From NCBI GenBank assembly GCA_964199315.1, contig OZ116700.1, positions 5,952,001 to 6,016,000 on the forward strand: a stretch of 64,000 nucleotides of DNA, given 5' to 3'. A program made the translations under genes and the position numbers. This stretch comes from Orbicella franksi. Taxonomy: Eukaryota. Shown here in pieces: positions 11,845 to 25,069 of the stretch (its first letter is position 1; each line of letters starts with the position of its first letter). The notes below the pieces were generated by a model. The model was not told where the DNA came from. It ran no database searches and worked only from the letters and a program-made list of their open reading frames with translations.

Positions 11845-12567
11845 CTCATTTTCAATCATTCTTATTTGATTTTAACATTGGCTGCAGGGGTGTTATTAGC
11901 AACAACAAGCGTCGGATTTTAACACCTTATCCAAACAGCTTTTGTCTGTTAGCCCGCACGGCGGAAAGTTTTAAATGTCATAGTAATAATCTAGAAACAA
12001 TTTGGATTTAATAAATAACGTGTAAGCGAGCTCCTGGTCTAAGATGGTTTTGGAAAATGGCAGATCGAATAGCTCAATACATTACACAGGAATATGACTC
12101 AACAAAGAGTACTTGATTTGAACTTAACCACATTTCTCAGTAAAAAAAAAAATCTTTCGAAAACGTTTCCAACATAACTTACGCCTGTCCAATACGGTCG
12201 ACTTGAGCTTCGATGATTCGCGTTATCCCATAATGTGCACCAACCGCTTGATGCAAACCGTTTTTAACGAGTGCATTTTTTGTCCCTTACCCTAGTTCTT
12301 CACGGGCAGAGAAACCAAGCTGCCCGCCTTTGTTGTATATACGAAATTACACGAAGTTAATCCATCGAGTATTCCATCGAAAACTGCTTTTTCAATCGAT
12401 TTCACTCACTTTGCTTTGGTACCACATAACCTATATGGCCGAACTACAACGTCCAATATGATACTAGATTTCATCGATTTAAACTAACTTTCAGTGTTTG
12501 CTACAGAGTTAGGCCATAACTGTAACATTGTGAATGTCAGCGGTATCACAGAGTTTATAAGACATGT

Positions 12568-12918
12568 TAGGGAGTTTAAGAAACCAGGACGCGACGCGGA
12601 GGACAACGTCGGTTAAAAAATGATTTTATATCTTACCTAAGAATCTCATTTTCCTTTTTTTTCTTAGTGTCAAAACTATCACGGAACTGAATCCGAGACA
12701 AGGCGAAACATTTGAAATAAAAATAAAAAATTATCCGTCGTGGTTCACGTTCTACGGACAACGAAGACTTTGGTCATTTCACGTTGTTGTTTTGCAGAGG
12801 ACGGCAAAGAAATGTACCAAGAATTATAACGCACGTACACAGCCATTGGTCTGCTCATTAAACCTCTGGTTTAACGACGGTCGCGTTGCCGTTACCGTCG
12901 TGGTTTTATTAACTCCCT
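12568..12918. mobile_element. MITE with AGGGAGTT...AACTCCCT termini
   Basis: Terminal inverted repeats AGGGAGTTTAAGAAACC / GGTTTTATTAACTCCCT; CpG-rich internal subrepeats. Confidence 0.7.
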
Positions 12919-13662
12919 GTTAAATTCGTTCAAAGGATCACCAGACCTCCTCATGTTACGTCGAACAATCACGACTTAATAGACACCAAACAAACCAGTA
13001 CATCTCGCTGAAAAATTAAATTTTTTTTCTCAGTTCTAAGAAAAAATTCAGATAACGGAAATGCAGCCGAAAGACTTGATTTTCTTTCTGAATCCATTCC
13101 GGATTCAGAAAAAGGAACATCTGCCCGAGAGATTTTCGTCTAGAAAAATTAAAGCTGCGGTAGCCGCGGCAACTTCAGTCGAATACTTTCATATATATGG
13201 AAAAATAAAACCCAGTTAGTGCTAAATAGTGGGGTTTAAAATTACAAATAGATTATCGACCAAAGAGTGTTATTTTTAGCGCGAAACGTGAAACATTTAG
13301 ACTTGCCTCAAACTTCCGCGTTTATGGCTGAGCTTAGCCGGGACAAAAATGGTGCCTGCCAGTTACTTGGCTGCGACAGAAAGACCTTCTGATATCAAAG
13401 AGGATTCGAGGTCAGCCTTCACTGAATCACATGGCTTGTTTGACCAGTTCCGCAAATAGCCTTTTACCGCAAATTGTTTAATATAATTGCATATATATAT
13501 GTCTTGAAAGATCTTCGCTGACGTAAATTTACAAAAGTTACCAAAGTTACCGCCACTTCTGTGAACCACATTTCCGATTAGCTGCTGGTGACAAAGATTG
13601 TGAACGCCAGATTAATTCCTGATTGGTGAAAAACAATCATTCGATATATTGGTTCTTTTCTT

Positions 13663-13976
13663 TCAACTGAAGTACTTAGCATTTCTGTGCTGGCAGATGG
13701 AACCAGAGAACTTTTGCGAGAGATGCAATTGATTTTCGAAAGAATATTTTCACTTCACCATAGAAGTTATATCTGGCAATGAAGAACAATTGTTAATCCT
13801 CGCACAATTTGTCAACTGAAGTACTTAGCATTTAATTTCTTTACCAAACTGTGCTGGCAGATGGAACCAGAAAACGTTTGTAGAAATGCAATTGATTTTC
13901 GAAAGGTTATATCTTCACTTCACCATAGAAGTTATATCTGGTAATGAAGAACAATTGTTAATCCTCGCACAATTTG
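13663..13976. repeat. Two-unit tandem duplication (149 bp + 165 bp)
   Basis: Both units run TCAACTGAAGTACTTAGCATTT...ATCCTCGCACAATTTG; unit 2 is 16 bp longer. Confidence 0.9.
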
Positions 13977-16900
13977 AATTATACAAAATACTAGGATTTA
14001 ACGGAGGACATTCAGAAAGAAACCCCAAGAGAACGGGCTAACTCTGACAACTGGACAGCCCGTGAAAGTAAATCAAATGCACGTGTTTTTTTCTAACTGT
14101 TCAATCATTTCCTTAGCGGGGAGTAAAGAAAATAATTCATTGTTAATATGGCTTCCTTTTAAGAACTTATGCAACTAGGCGGCGAACTAAGAAAACGAAC
14201 AGAACATTCGAGCAATATTGGCAAAAGTTTAGGTCACCAAAAAAACCTCATGGCATGGTAATATTTTGAATACAGTTAAGAAGAACTTACTGAGACTTAA
14301 GCTCTCAAGCTGATCCCTTGAGGAAAAATTGGACTTGAAGTTATCAATATTTCAATACAAACAGACGTTTCGCATCAGTCAAAAACACAATAACACATGC
14401 TTTAAGTATTCTCACTTACGAGGTTTGACATTAACTTTTTCGAGAATGCTTGAGAATTTAATTGCGGGGTCACTCAGAGAAATGAACTTAAGTGAGTTGT
14501 TTTAAATAGTATTCCGAAAGTTACCGTGCTATGAGTAGATTTTTAGTAGATAATTTTTGCACTCATTGCTCGAACTTTGAGTGGAATCCGTCTTAACATT
14601 AAAACGTTATAACGCTGTGACTAGACGATCAATGTTGGTTTATTTACGCTCTGCTATGTCGGTTAGCACTTGTTAGTATTCGACCAGATAAATTAAGGTA
14701 ATTAAATGTAAGCACGCGCTAAATCGTCGGTGAAATATGCTCTGTCCTGCTGCTAAACCCGTGAGACGAAATATAAATTTGTGTTTTACGGCCGGGTTTA
14801 AAATGAAACCATTGATTGTTGCGACCGAGAACTCGTTCAGTCATACATTAATTAAAAACTCGGAGTTCGCGCGAAAAGGAACCTTGGTGAATTTTTTTCC
14901 ACTGATTTCTTGATGTTATCTTCTTTCGCGGAACAAAGTAAATGTGATTAGTATGAGCTAGTATGGGCGGAACACTTTTTCTATGGGCTGTTTCCTGTTG
15001 ATCTGCATACGAGCGTTCATTCGATGCAATCTAACTCGTTGATTAATAGAGTTGCAATCAGTAGCTCCCTGGATTTTGATTTTGATTTTCGGTAAGATTT
15101 TTTCTGTCTGCGTTGAAATGGCAAGCCAATTCATCGGCTGCTTGAGGTACAAAAAAACTTACCGCAACCAAAGCGAGCTCAGTAATGCCACGACCGGGAA
15201 AACAAGCCGATTTGAGTACCGCAACTCGATCATCGGAGTTGATTCTGTTATTTTTCACCGACAATGCTGTAAATTCTTGCCGTAAATTTTCGTCTTGTTT
15301 ACAGCTACGGTTAAACTTATTTAACATGCTGCCAGCCTTACTGACCTAATAACGACCGAAATGTTTACCCAGTAAAAACAACATTGTGTAATAAGCAAGA
15401 TGAAATGATAACATTTTGTATTTTTTATGCTTACCTTTTTAATTTTTTTTCTCAGCTCTGGAACAAATTACAATTAGTTTCTCCTTCTTGGTCGAGGTTT
15501 CGCTTTCAGCCAGATTTGAATAGAACTAGCCATTAAGTCAAGAGTGAAATCCTCGAGGACTTCTTGAAAATGTTGATCTTGATCTAAGGGGGTTCTCGGA
15601 AAGTTAAGAGGCGACTGGGAAAAATTGAAGATTTAAAATTCACTCGGAGAATAGCCAAGCAGCTGGTGGGCGCATTCAGCGAATCAAACACAGGCGCTTG
15701 CAGTGCAAGTGAAGCAAGACCGCCGTCAATGCAACATAAAAAAGATCTTTCAAGAGCAGCATAGTCAAGCCTATGGCACTTTCCAATAGTTTTCAGCAAA
15801 TAATTATTCTTCAGCTACAGCAGTTTCCGCTTTTCCGCTATATCTCTGCAACAAACAAGGTTTTTTTGTCTTGCTGAAAGCGAAACCGGTGGTCACAGAT
15901 CTGGCAAACGAGATCCATCTGACTTTCCCACGGATGACCAAAACAAAATGAAAACTTAATTCGTTTAAAAGCTAAACTAGATCGAAACTATCAACAACTT
16001 AAAAAAAATATTACTTTCTGTTCAGTGTAATTTTATAAAACACTTTTTATTCCATTCTCGTGGCCTGTCCGCATTGAGAAATTTGCAACACAATAACGAG
16101 CACACGATAAAAATTTGCATTCAAGAGAGCTGACGTCAAGCCGTGAAAAACGTGTTTTTCTTCCTGAAGTTTGCATTGAAATCAAGTTGCTTTTAAATCT
16201 CTCGAAGAAAACAATGGTTCTTCCTTGGGCACTTCACCTCAAACGTTAATTTGTGATCAATTATCGATTATTGTTGAGCATGTTCCGGTTTTCTCCATAC
16301 AAATTACTTAACAAGTGGTGCAGGAAAACTACGGCAAGTATTTTTGTTTTCAGAAAGCGTTACCTCTCACTTATATTTTTAGTCACTGCATTCTTGTATC
16401 TTTAGTTACGAAAATATCTTTTGGTGTGAAAATCACAATTGTCCAAATCAGTACAAACTCTTGAAAAAAACTAATTGGGTAAACATTGAAGATGCGAACG
16501 CAACTTCCTTAGCTATTGTAATCATTGGAACAATACTGGTCAATCAGAATGCCCTACCGAACAAGATTTCGTTCAAGTAATGGTGGAATCTTTTTATCTC
16601 GAGTCGAACTTTCTCGATTTTAATCTTAGAAGATTGTTCGCGCTATAAATTGCGTGGTCGTGCCAAAAAATCAAGCTATTTTCGACTGACTTGGTCTAAT
16701 CGAGCCAAATATTCGGAGTCGCTTTGGTGCGTGCTTTTATAATGGCCTCAATTTTCCATTTGTCTTGTTTTCACACAATGCGGATATCCTGTGAAAAATT
16801 TATTTCATCGGCGGAAAAGAACCTGAAATACCAATTTTGGAGCGTTTCAATTTTGCAACTGCAGGATGATCAGAAAATCATGTATACACGATTCACACCA

Positions 16901-18581
16901 GCACACATACATACAAAAACCTATGCGAAGAACAAAACCGATGTTCAACTGCAAATCAATTTTGATAACGGCATTAACAGACGAAATAAAATCCTGAAAT
17001 CGTTTGAACAAGTTCATCCTTCTATTTTTACATCGACATAAAATATTTAACCACGTGGGTAGCCCGACTGTGAGCCGGTACCGGTTAGGGGGGGTTCTAT
17101 TTCCCGCTAAACTGCGCTCCCGGTAAGTCGGTTTGCCCTTTTGACGGCCTCATTCCCAGTCTTCTGGCGTCCTACAATTTTCTCAGAAGAAGAGTCCGGC
17201 CGAACAAATGCTACCAAATCAGCTTTCTGGTCTTGACAATTTATCATAGAGGGGTTAGGTATGACCTTTACGACAAACGGTAAACTTTTGCCGTCTGTCT
17301 TCAGCTGGTTTTACAGCAGAGTGAAAATATTTGAAATTTGCGGAGAATAGGGGAAAAACCCTTGGAGCAAGGCAAGAAGCAACAAAACACTAAGCCCGTA
17401 CAGGGAACCGGGCTGGAACCGAACCCGGGCCACATTGCAGTTCACCAACTGTAAGACTCGTAGACCATTGTTTCACGACCCGTACGAGTCGTACGAGTCG
17501 TGCGAGTTGTACGGGTCGTGGACTTGTGTATACACTCTCTCTAATGATATAGAGTTCACCAACTGTACGACTCGTAAACCTTTTTTTCACAACCTGTACG
17601 GTCGTATTCAGCCATTCACGGGTCGTATCTGTTCGACAGTATTGGACAAGGGTGGCGCTATCACCACTGTGCCATCCCAGCTTCCCAAATTATTATCTGG
17701 ATTACGAGTAGCCCGCATTATTTTTCAAAGATCCTCTTAAGATTCAAAACTTCCCTATGGTTTGGGAACGCCGGAAGACACTTAAGCTCGATTACCAACC
17801 GCTGTTTGGGAAAGGAGCCCGCGCTCCTTACCAGACTCGAGAGAACGAGCGATGAATTTTTCTTTAGGCGTGGCATAATGGTGATCCATTAAACAAGGCC
17901 GGTGTGGTGTAACTCGACTTTTATAGCGCAGGGCCAATACAATTGGGATTAAAGTTGCTTCAAACATATCCCAGTGTGTAGTGTCTTTTAAACTTACCAG
18001 TTGTCGCATCTTGGGGCACCGTCTCGACCAAGCGTTGTACGAGCCAATATTCGCAGTGTTGAAACTTTTTCATAAATCTACATAACGCTTATAATACTTA
18101 CACATATACTGACATACTCTAAATACGGACAGGCCCGACAAAAGTAACCCGATGCAAATAAAAAAACAGAAAACTGACCTCTGAATGCTAGCGTATTTAA
18201 CTATACAACCGAACAGTAACAAGTTTCACATGTCAGACCATAGCTAAACCTGGAAAATGGTATTCATTTTAAATGCAGTCCAGCAGCTAAAACGAAGCAA
18301 TAGGTTTCCTTTTTCTTTTTATCCCTTATCTGGGAATGGACCACTTTGATTTGTCCAACGGTGGGTCCCGGTGCTAATTAACGGAGGAAAATTATGTAAT
18401 ATATTTGGCCTTTGTTACAAGCGATCATCAGAATTCACTTCAGCATCAATTTCAGGTTATTTCGACTTTCAAGCCCCGAAAGGTGGTATTGATGAACGAA
18501 AATATGTAAAATGTCATGCCACTGAAATGAAAACGGCCTCTTTAGAGATTGAAAACCTACGCATAGTTGCTGCTGATGAAT

Positions 18582-18734
18582 TAGGCTGATTTAACAACAG
18601 GACGAGAACGTCAGATGACGACTGCAGGGGGCGCGGAATAACCTGGATTCTGTTCTAATTTGACCATATTTGGGTATTTGTACTGCGCGCGCCGTTGTCA
18701 AGTGACGTTCCCGTTCTCTTGCTAAATCAGCCTA
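18582..18734. mobile_element. MITE with TAGGCTGATTTA termini
   Basis: TAGGCTGATTTAACAACAGGACGAGAACGTCA / TGACGTTCCCGTTCTCTTGCTAAATCAGCCTA. Confidence 0.7.
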
Positions 18735-19692
18735 TTAACTGTTCCTGCACTGCACGCGCTCCCGAAAAACACCAACACTGACCCATTAGTAACTGAAATA
18801 ATTGCCGTGTATAGCTTTACACGGCAATTATTCTCATCTATGATGTCTTGTCCTCAATCTGTGTCTTGTCCTTTTAATGCACTGCATTAAAAACTATGTT
18901 GGTTTCGGGGGCAATTTGCCAAGACTGGCATGTTTATCTGTACTTAGAAAAACGTTGTTCTGAATTATTCACGTTTCGAAAACAAACATCTGCTGGTTAA
19001 AATACACCTTTTCACCTGTAAGTAAGGTATATAGATACATTAAGTACGTGCAAATAAACGAAAAATTACCTCATTTATGGCTGAACTGAAACACAGCGCA
19101 AATGTTCTTTGTACTCGGTATCAAACAATGTCCACCTCTACCTCTGTAGTTGCAAAACGAAGCTGTTCCTCACTCGAGGAGAAGTGTTTTGATGTTATTC
19201 TACCTACCGTACGCGACGTTTTACAGAATTTCTGGTGGTCTCATTCAAATGAACACCCCCTGTTGTTACTTCAACAAATGCAAACACATTTTGGATTGTT
19301 TCTTAGGCTTTATAACGGCACGGAACCTTGTCAAAAAGCCATTACGAAGTTGAAAACATGTAAAATGTGAAGAATGTTTTGACAAGCGCACGCAGATGGC
19401 GAGAGAAGCAAGGGGAGGGGGGGAAGTTTGTCCAGCAGTAATGAGTGTCTTATTTTCTCGTAGATGGCTAATCCCGTGTCAATCATAAAACGCGTCAGAG
19501 ACAAAATATCCGGCCAGAAACTGCCACTTGATAAGATTAGCAAACAGTGTTCTTTATTTATCGTTTTCATCATTATTATTATGATTATAATTTATAACCT
19601 AGGCTCGAGTCCGCGAGGAGCGCAGGCTCCTTTACCGAACAGCGGTTACCAATCGAACCTATTTATAGTTATCTTATAAGCTTGAGTCTACT

Positions 19693-22600
19693 TTATTTGC
19701 CTTGGGATTTTTGCAGTGCAGCCATCTCTGTGGCTCGTGTAGTTGATGTTTCCACAGCGTCGATCAGTGCACTTCTAAAGCTAGCTCTCTCAAGTGTCTG
19801 TACGCCCGCGATCGTTGTGCCACCAGGCGAACAAACTTCGTCTTTCAACTGAAAAGAGTTCAGACAAGCAAAGTTTTGTGAAAAATGTACCTCGCTTTTA
19901 AAACGTGACTACAGTCCAAAACCGGGATATGTAAGACTTCCAGCTCGGAAGGGTTCCGGGCTCAAATAGCTTACAAGCAGGCTCCAGTGTGTGGGTTGCG
20001 CACTCAAGCGCTACTGGCTTTTCCCTTTGGCGCGCGAGCGAGCTGTTACGTACGACGTGTCGGGGACTCGACTCCATGCACACGCGCGCCGGCAAATCTC
20101 GCCGGTTTACCGCGAGTGTGTGTCTTTCGCGGCTTCGCCTCTCGCAGTCTCGCGCCCTCGGCAGCCTGCTCGCAAGCGCTCTCTGACCAAGACCCTCTCG
20201 AGCATTGCGCTCTTTTTCCCACAGTCCTCTCCGTAACCCGTAGGGGTTATGCGTCATCCTTATGTAAAAAAAAATTAACATAGGGATCTTCTTTCGATCA
20301 CTTTCACAGTGAAAATGTTAGGACATAATTTTCGGACGACAAACTTCGGACAAAAACCTTTCGGACAAAAAACTTTCGGACGACTCTTTTGCACAAATTT
20401 GACGTTTTTCCGTCAACGTTTCAGACTTTAGATTCGAACACAAAACAAATACAACGGGTAAAGAATGCGCTGTAAGTGCAGAGTGTAACTAGTAGCAAAC
20501 GAAAAGAATAACTCCAGCAAAAAGAAACTGACGAAGCAAGACCCTCTCATCTCAGTAGTTGTCCGAAAGACCATCCGTCGAAACATTTTCTTTGTTAAAT
20601 GTCGCAGGCATGAAGCCATGCAAAGTACAAATTGAACTTTCCAGACACAAAAAAGGTCAGTATTTCACTACTTTTTCAGGCTGGCCTTCTATTTATTCCC
20701 GACTTGTAAAAACAAAAAGCCATATTACGATAAAGTCACTAAGGGTGCGTTTCTTTGGGAAAATCCAAGATTGAATTCTTAAATCTTAAAAGGGATTGGG
20801 ATTTTGCCTTTATTTGCTAAATAGATTAATCCAAGTGGTGCATCAAAGGAACCGTAAAAGGACAAAGATTCTTCCTTCCCTTTGATGCACCACCATCTGA
20901 GTGAGCATGGATTAATCTGTTTAGCAAAAAAGCGCAAAATCCCATTTTTGTTATCTTGGATTTTCCCGAAGAACTGCACCTTTAACTATAGGTGTTCACA
21001 TACACTGTCCTACCTGGCCTGGATGCTTTCCTGTTTCTTGTACCAGTCGAGCTGCACCTATAAACGCCTGGGTAGCCAAGTCTGTCGATAAAGCTCTTGG
21101 CAATCCAACCCTGACACCGCCATCGCTCATGGCCTCTATTGCGAGGAACAAGAATGCAAGTCCACACCCGCTCACAGAGCTGACTGCGTTCATCTGGGAC
21201 TCCTTCACCTCCACACACATACCTTTCGATAGTTGCACAAAGACTGTCAAGTTTAGAGTACAGTTAAACTTCCCGTATGTGAACATATTCGGGATCAGGT
21301 TAAAAATGCAGTGTTTGTATGTGGCTGGGACCATTACTAAGTGTGGAAAGAAGAGAAAAAGACGAATACATTTAAGGGGCTGGGTGGAGTGAAACATAGG
21401 CTGACCGGACGTGAGAGAGCGGCGAAAATTGAGCCTAAATGAAACGCTGAAGGTACTCTAATGACTACTCCATCACTAACAAGCCCCCAGGGCTATTGAG
21501 GCTAACTAAAGTGCTCTTCAGACGGCCAGCAACTGGCTTATTTTACTTGCTGAAAGAGTGCTTATCTGGAGCTGAAAGGTTGCAAGAAAACGAAGATTTC
21601 AGGTCATTTTTGAGGGGCTCAGGCCAGGAAGACCAAGTGAGCTTGATAATAAGACCACTTAGTTTTTCTGAGTGACATCCGCAAAAAATCATAAAAACAC
21701 TGAAAAATTTACCTACCACTTGTTTGAAGAAGTTTTTTCACCAGTTCTACATCCTTTGCTTGTACACAAGTTCCTTTACAGAAAGCAGAGACACCACACT
21801 GCAGGGCACATGCCAAATTTGGCTGCACTCGAATAACCCGGGTGCTCGATGCTAAATGCTGGCAAACAGGAAGCAAAAGAATGAATAATTGACACATTTT
21901 TACTCTAATTCGCAGTAGGGTCTGCACACGTCAGCTCACAGGGTGGGAGGCTGATATGTGCCCTCAAGCAGACAGACAAGGGAACCCTTAATGCTCTAGC
22001 CCCTGGTAATGTTCTTAGTAGCCAAACAGCGATCAAATAAAAGCAAGTAGCTGTTGCCTTGATATAACCAGATACACTTAAGGCAGGCAAATGCCAACAG
22101 AGAAACCTTAGCCATCAAGGTTAGGGGTAATTGGGCGTGAGGCTAATCACCCCACCCAGATAAAACATCCACTTAAATCTTGTCAATTGCAAGGTAAGGT
22201 TGGGTGCAAAACAATTACCCACTGGTCCCAAGATGGTACTTATATTAGCTGGGTTGATGAACTGTAACAGAAAGGAAGATGGGTCTGATATCTTAGGCAA
22301 AAACCATGGCAACTGTAGCAACAGATATGGAAGCTTGAGAAAGAAAGCAAACATTTCAGCTCTCCACATGTAGAGGGAATTGGCCTCTTGACTGACTGTA
22401 ATGCGCAAACAAGATTTACTCAGTTAAGACTATTTGCAAGAAATGGTATAATTTTTTCACATTATCTATTAACCAATTTGTTAAAGAATTTGTCAAGGCA
22501 AGGTAAAACTGTTACATAACTGTACTCACCGCTTCAATTACCACTGTAGTAATAGCAGTAGCCACAGAAACAACAAGGTGCTTGGATGGGTCAATAGATG

Positions 22601-25069
22601 ACATAACCTCTTTGATAACTGGAACTATTAGGTGAGGTTTTACAGCTAAAAAGACGACATCTGAAAACTGAACAACCTCCTTGTTGTCCAGTGTTGTTTG
22701 ACAACCCATATCCTTTAAAATAAAAGAAAAACATAAAATATACTGTAAAGAGAGTGATGCCATTTTCTTATTTGTCAGTCCTTTCCAACTGGAGATTTAA
22801 GAGTCATGAAAAACCTGGAAACATGTAACTAGATATAAGGAAATGGAAGAAAAACCTCAGGGCAAGGATGCAGATATCAATCATCAGGTATGGATCTAGC
22901 ATAAATGGTGAACAATTTCCATAACAACTGCAGAATGGACCGCTTGGACTGATGCAGACTTTAACTTTTACAGTAACCAGCATGGAGACAGAAATAAGTG
23001 GCCACTGCAAAGAGGTGACTATTGTGGGAAGTTTTGATTAGGGATTATTGAGTGGCTGGGATGATAAAAACCATGGCCATTAAAAGGAGGTATGGGCTCA
23101 ATTTGTGCTACTCTCTTGAGTATGACCTCTTGAACGAGAGCAGGCTCCTTTATCAAACATCTGCTAGTAATTGAGTATAAGGAAGGTGATAATAAGTAGA
23201 GGTTTAAATGTATTTCAATCTCGGTTTACAGAAGGGATTCAAAGACCACAAAAATGGCCAGTTCCTGAGACATGAAGATAACCTTGCCTGTCTCTTTGCA
23301 GGAGGTTCTGATAGGTCCAGTGGCCAAGTAGTTGGCCACTGGAAGATGGATAAAGTAGGTCAGGTTTGAATGCTAACTGAGAGGATTGTGATTTGTTCTT
23401 TGGCAAGACATTTTATCCTGACATTCAGGGCTGCAAATATTTTTTTTCTCTTGAAAGAACATATGTCCTACTAAGACACCATCTTGGTTAGACAAAACAA
23501 ATTGTGGTCGGACATCACCGAAAAAAGTCAGATTTACTCACGGTAGATTTTTATTCATCCTTACCGCAAAACAATTCACAATAAAAAAATTGTCCGTAAA
23601 TCATCCCCAACCAACGGTGGGGATTTCATCAGACATGAGCAAATTTTAAATGGCCAACGTCGGATGACTGACTGTTATTTTCAGCCCTGGACATTGGGCA
23701 TGTGCGTATCATCACAGAAGGTTTAAAAGGGTATTTTTGTGATTCTTGAATGGCCCTATTTCTTCCCCAAGGAGAACTCCCAAATAAAAAGGACAGGGGT
23801 GCTTGCCATACCTTTCAGGGGTTCGAAAAGTGGTTTTGGTACGTCTTAGGGTGTTTAGCCTCAAAAGGTCCACAGAAGGAGCTTTTGCTGTACCTTTTAT
23901 GGTACTGAGCCAAAAAAATATGACAGGAGATTATGTGTTATGTAAGAATTCACACCTCTTAGGGGAGAAAAAATTTCAAGCCATGCCCACAAAACAGGGT
24001 CTTGGTACCTCTTAAGGCACCACTGTCCATTTTATTCGGGAATCCACCCACCAGCTTTCTTCCCCATGAAATGCGAAATGGTTCGTTTTTTTTTTTCCTC
24101 ACAAACTGTGATTTCGTTAGTAGCCCTGAACCGTGATTTTCTGGAATTATTTTCTGTAAAATGAGAAACAAACATATAATTCCCCACAAACCATTTTTGT
24201 GATTATGTCTTCTATTGTGTTTGACAGCCATTGTCTTGTGATAAGCATATAACCTGCACTGCATAAATCAACCTTGTTCCAGGGTCTCTCCTCTTACTAT
24301 CCCCCCTCCTCCTCCCCCAGAGCAAGAGAGGAGGACTCCCCAGGAGACAGGAAGAAGAGAGACCCTGGGAATGAGTTTGTGCAAAATTTCATTAGTTGTG
24401 TAAGTGAAGATGTCCCTCCTTTTTTGCAAGTTTTCTGCGAATTGTGAAAAACCGTTTTTTTCCGTGAACCGTGATCTAGACCCCCATCCCCATCCCCACC
24501 CCAACCCCCGCTTTACCACCCCCATCACACTCATAGGGCAACCTGAGCTGAACTAGAAAAACAAGCATATTTGTAGAGAAACAAAAAATATCTTGCCAAT
24601 TTCCACCAACATGGTCACAATGACGACACATGAAGGACGTTGATAAAACCTATGGCGGTCAAAATGTTGAAACACGTGGACACCAAGAAAGACATGTCCG
24701 TTACCGGGTGTTACGGACTACCCGCATGAACATTTCATTACGCCGCAACTAAACCTTCGGGTCAATCAGTATTTTCTTGAATAGGAATCACTTTTAACAA
24801 AAAAAGGCTACTTTTTAATCGGCCCAAATGAAAAGGCCCACAGGCTGCCTTCTGAAGCGTTGTTCACATGCGCGCAGTGCAATCAGAACTAACGCATTAT
24901 TATCTGAAACAACTTATTATTTCACCTTCCAGACAGCCAGCGTTTTTGTAGTGGTAGCACTTGCAATAATGTTTTCTGCCTTGACCATTTCAGAGGTTAT
25001 AAAGCCTCTGGCTATCGCCTTTGCCATGTTTCCCCCTCCGAGAAACCCGACCTTCAATTCGTCCGCCAT
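19693..25069 (-). CDS. PYCR3: Pyrroline-5-carboxylate reductase, PYCR3/PYCRL-like, 277 aa
   Basis: Exons 25069-24926, 22712-22530, 21858-21717, 21222-21014 and 19848-19693; frames join cleanly. Motifs: Rossmann [38 protein letters not shown]|[17 protein letters not shown]3 rather than PYCR1/2 is inferred from the short C-terminus. Confidence 0.9.
20741..20982. mobile_element. PIF/Harbinger-type MITE (PYCR intron 4)
   Basis: TIR GGGTGCGTTTCTTTGGGAAAATCCAAGAT / ATCTTGGATTTTCCCGAAGAACTGCACCT flanked by TAA on both sides. Confidence 0.65.
24269..24379. mobile_element. CAACCTCGTTCCCAGG micro-MITE, decayed copy
   Basis: TIR remnants with degenerate 9-bp TSD TGCATAAAT/TGCAAAATT. Confidence 0.6.

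Noticed and set aside
13663-17620. CRISPR-like arrays
   Set aside because: Repeats occur as only two units or palindromes without unique spacers, and the context is eukaryotic.
18455-18580. Exon-like frame GYFDFQAPKGGIDERKYVKCHATEMK
   Set aside because: No donor, truncated by a MITE, and the product is not recognised.
19898-20283. Cluster of overlapping GC-rich ORFs on both strands
   Set aside because: They lie in PYCR intron 4 within CpG-rich MITE-like sequence, with no recognisable domain.
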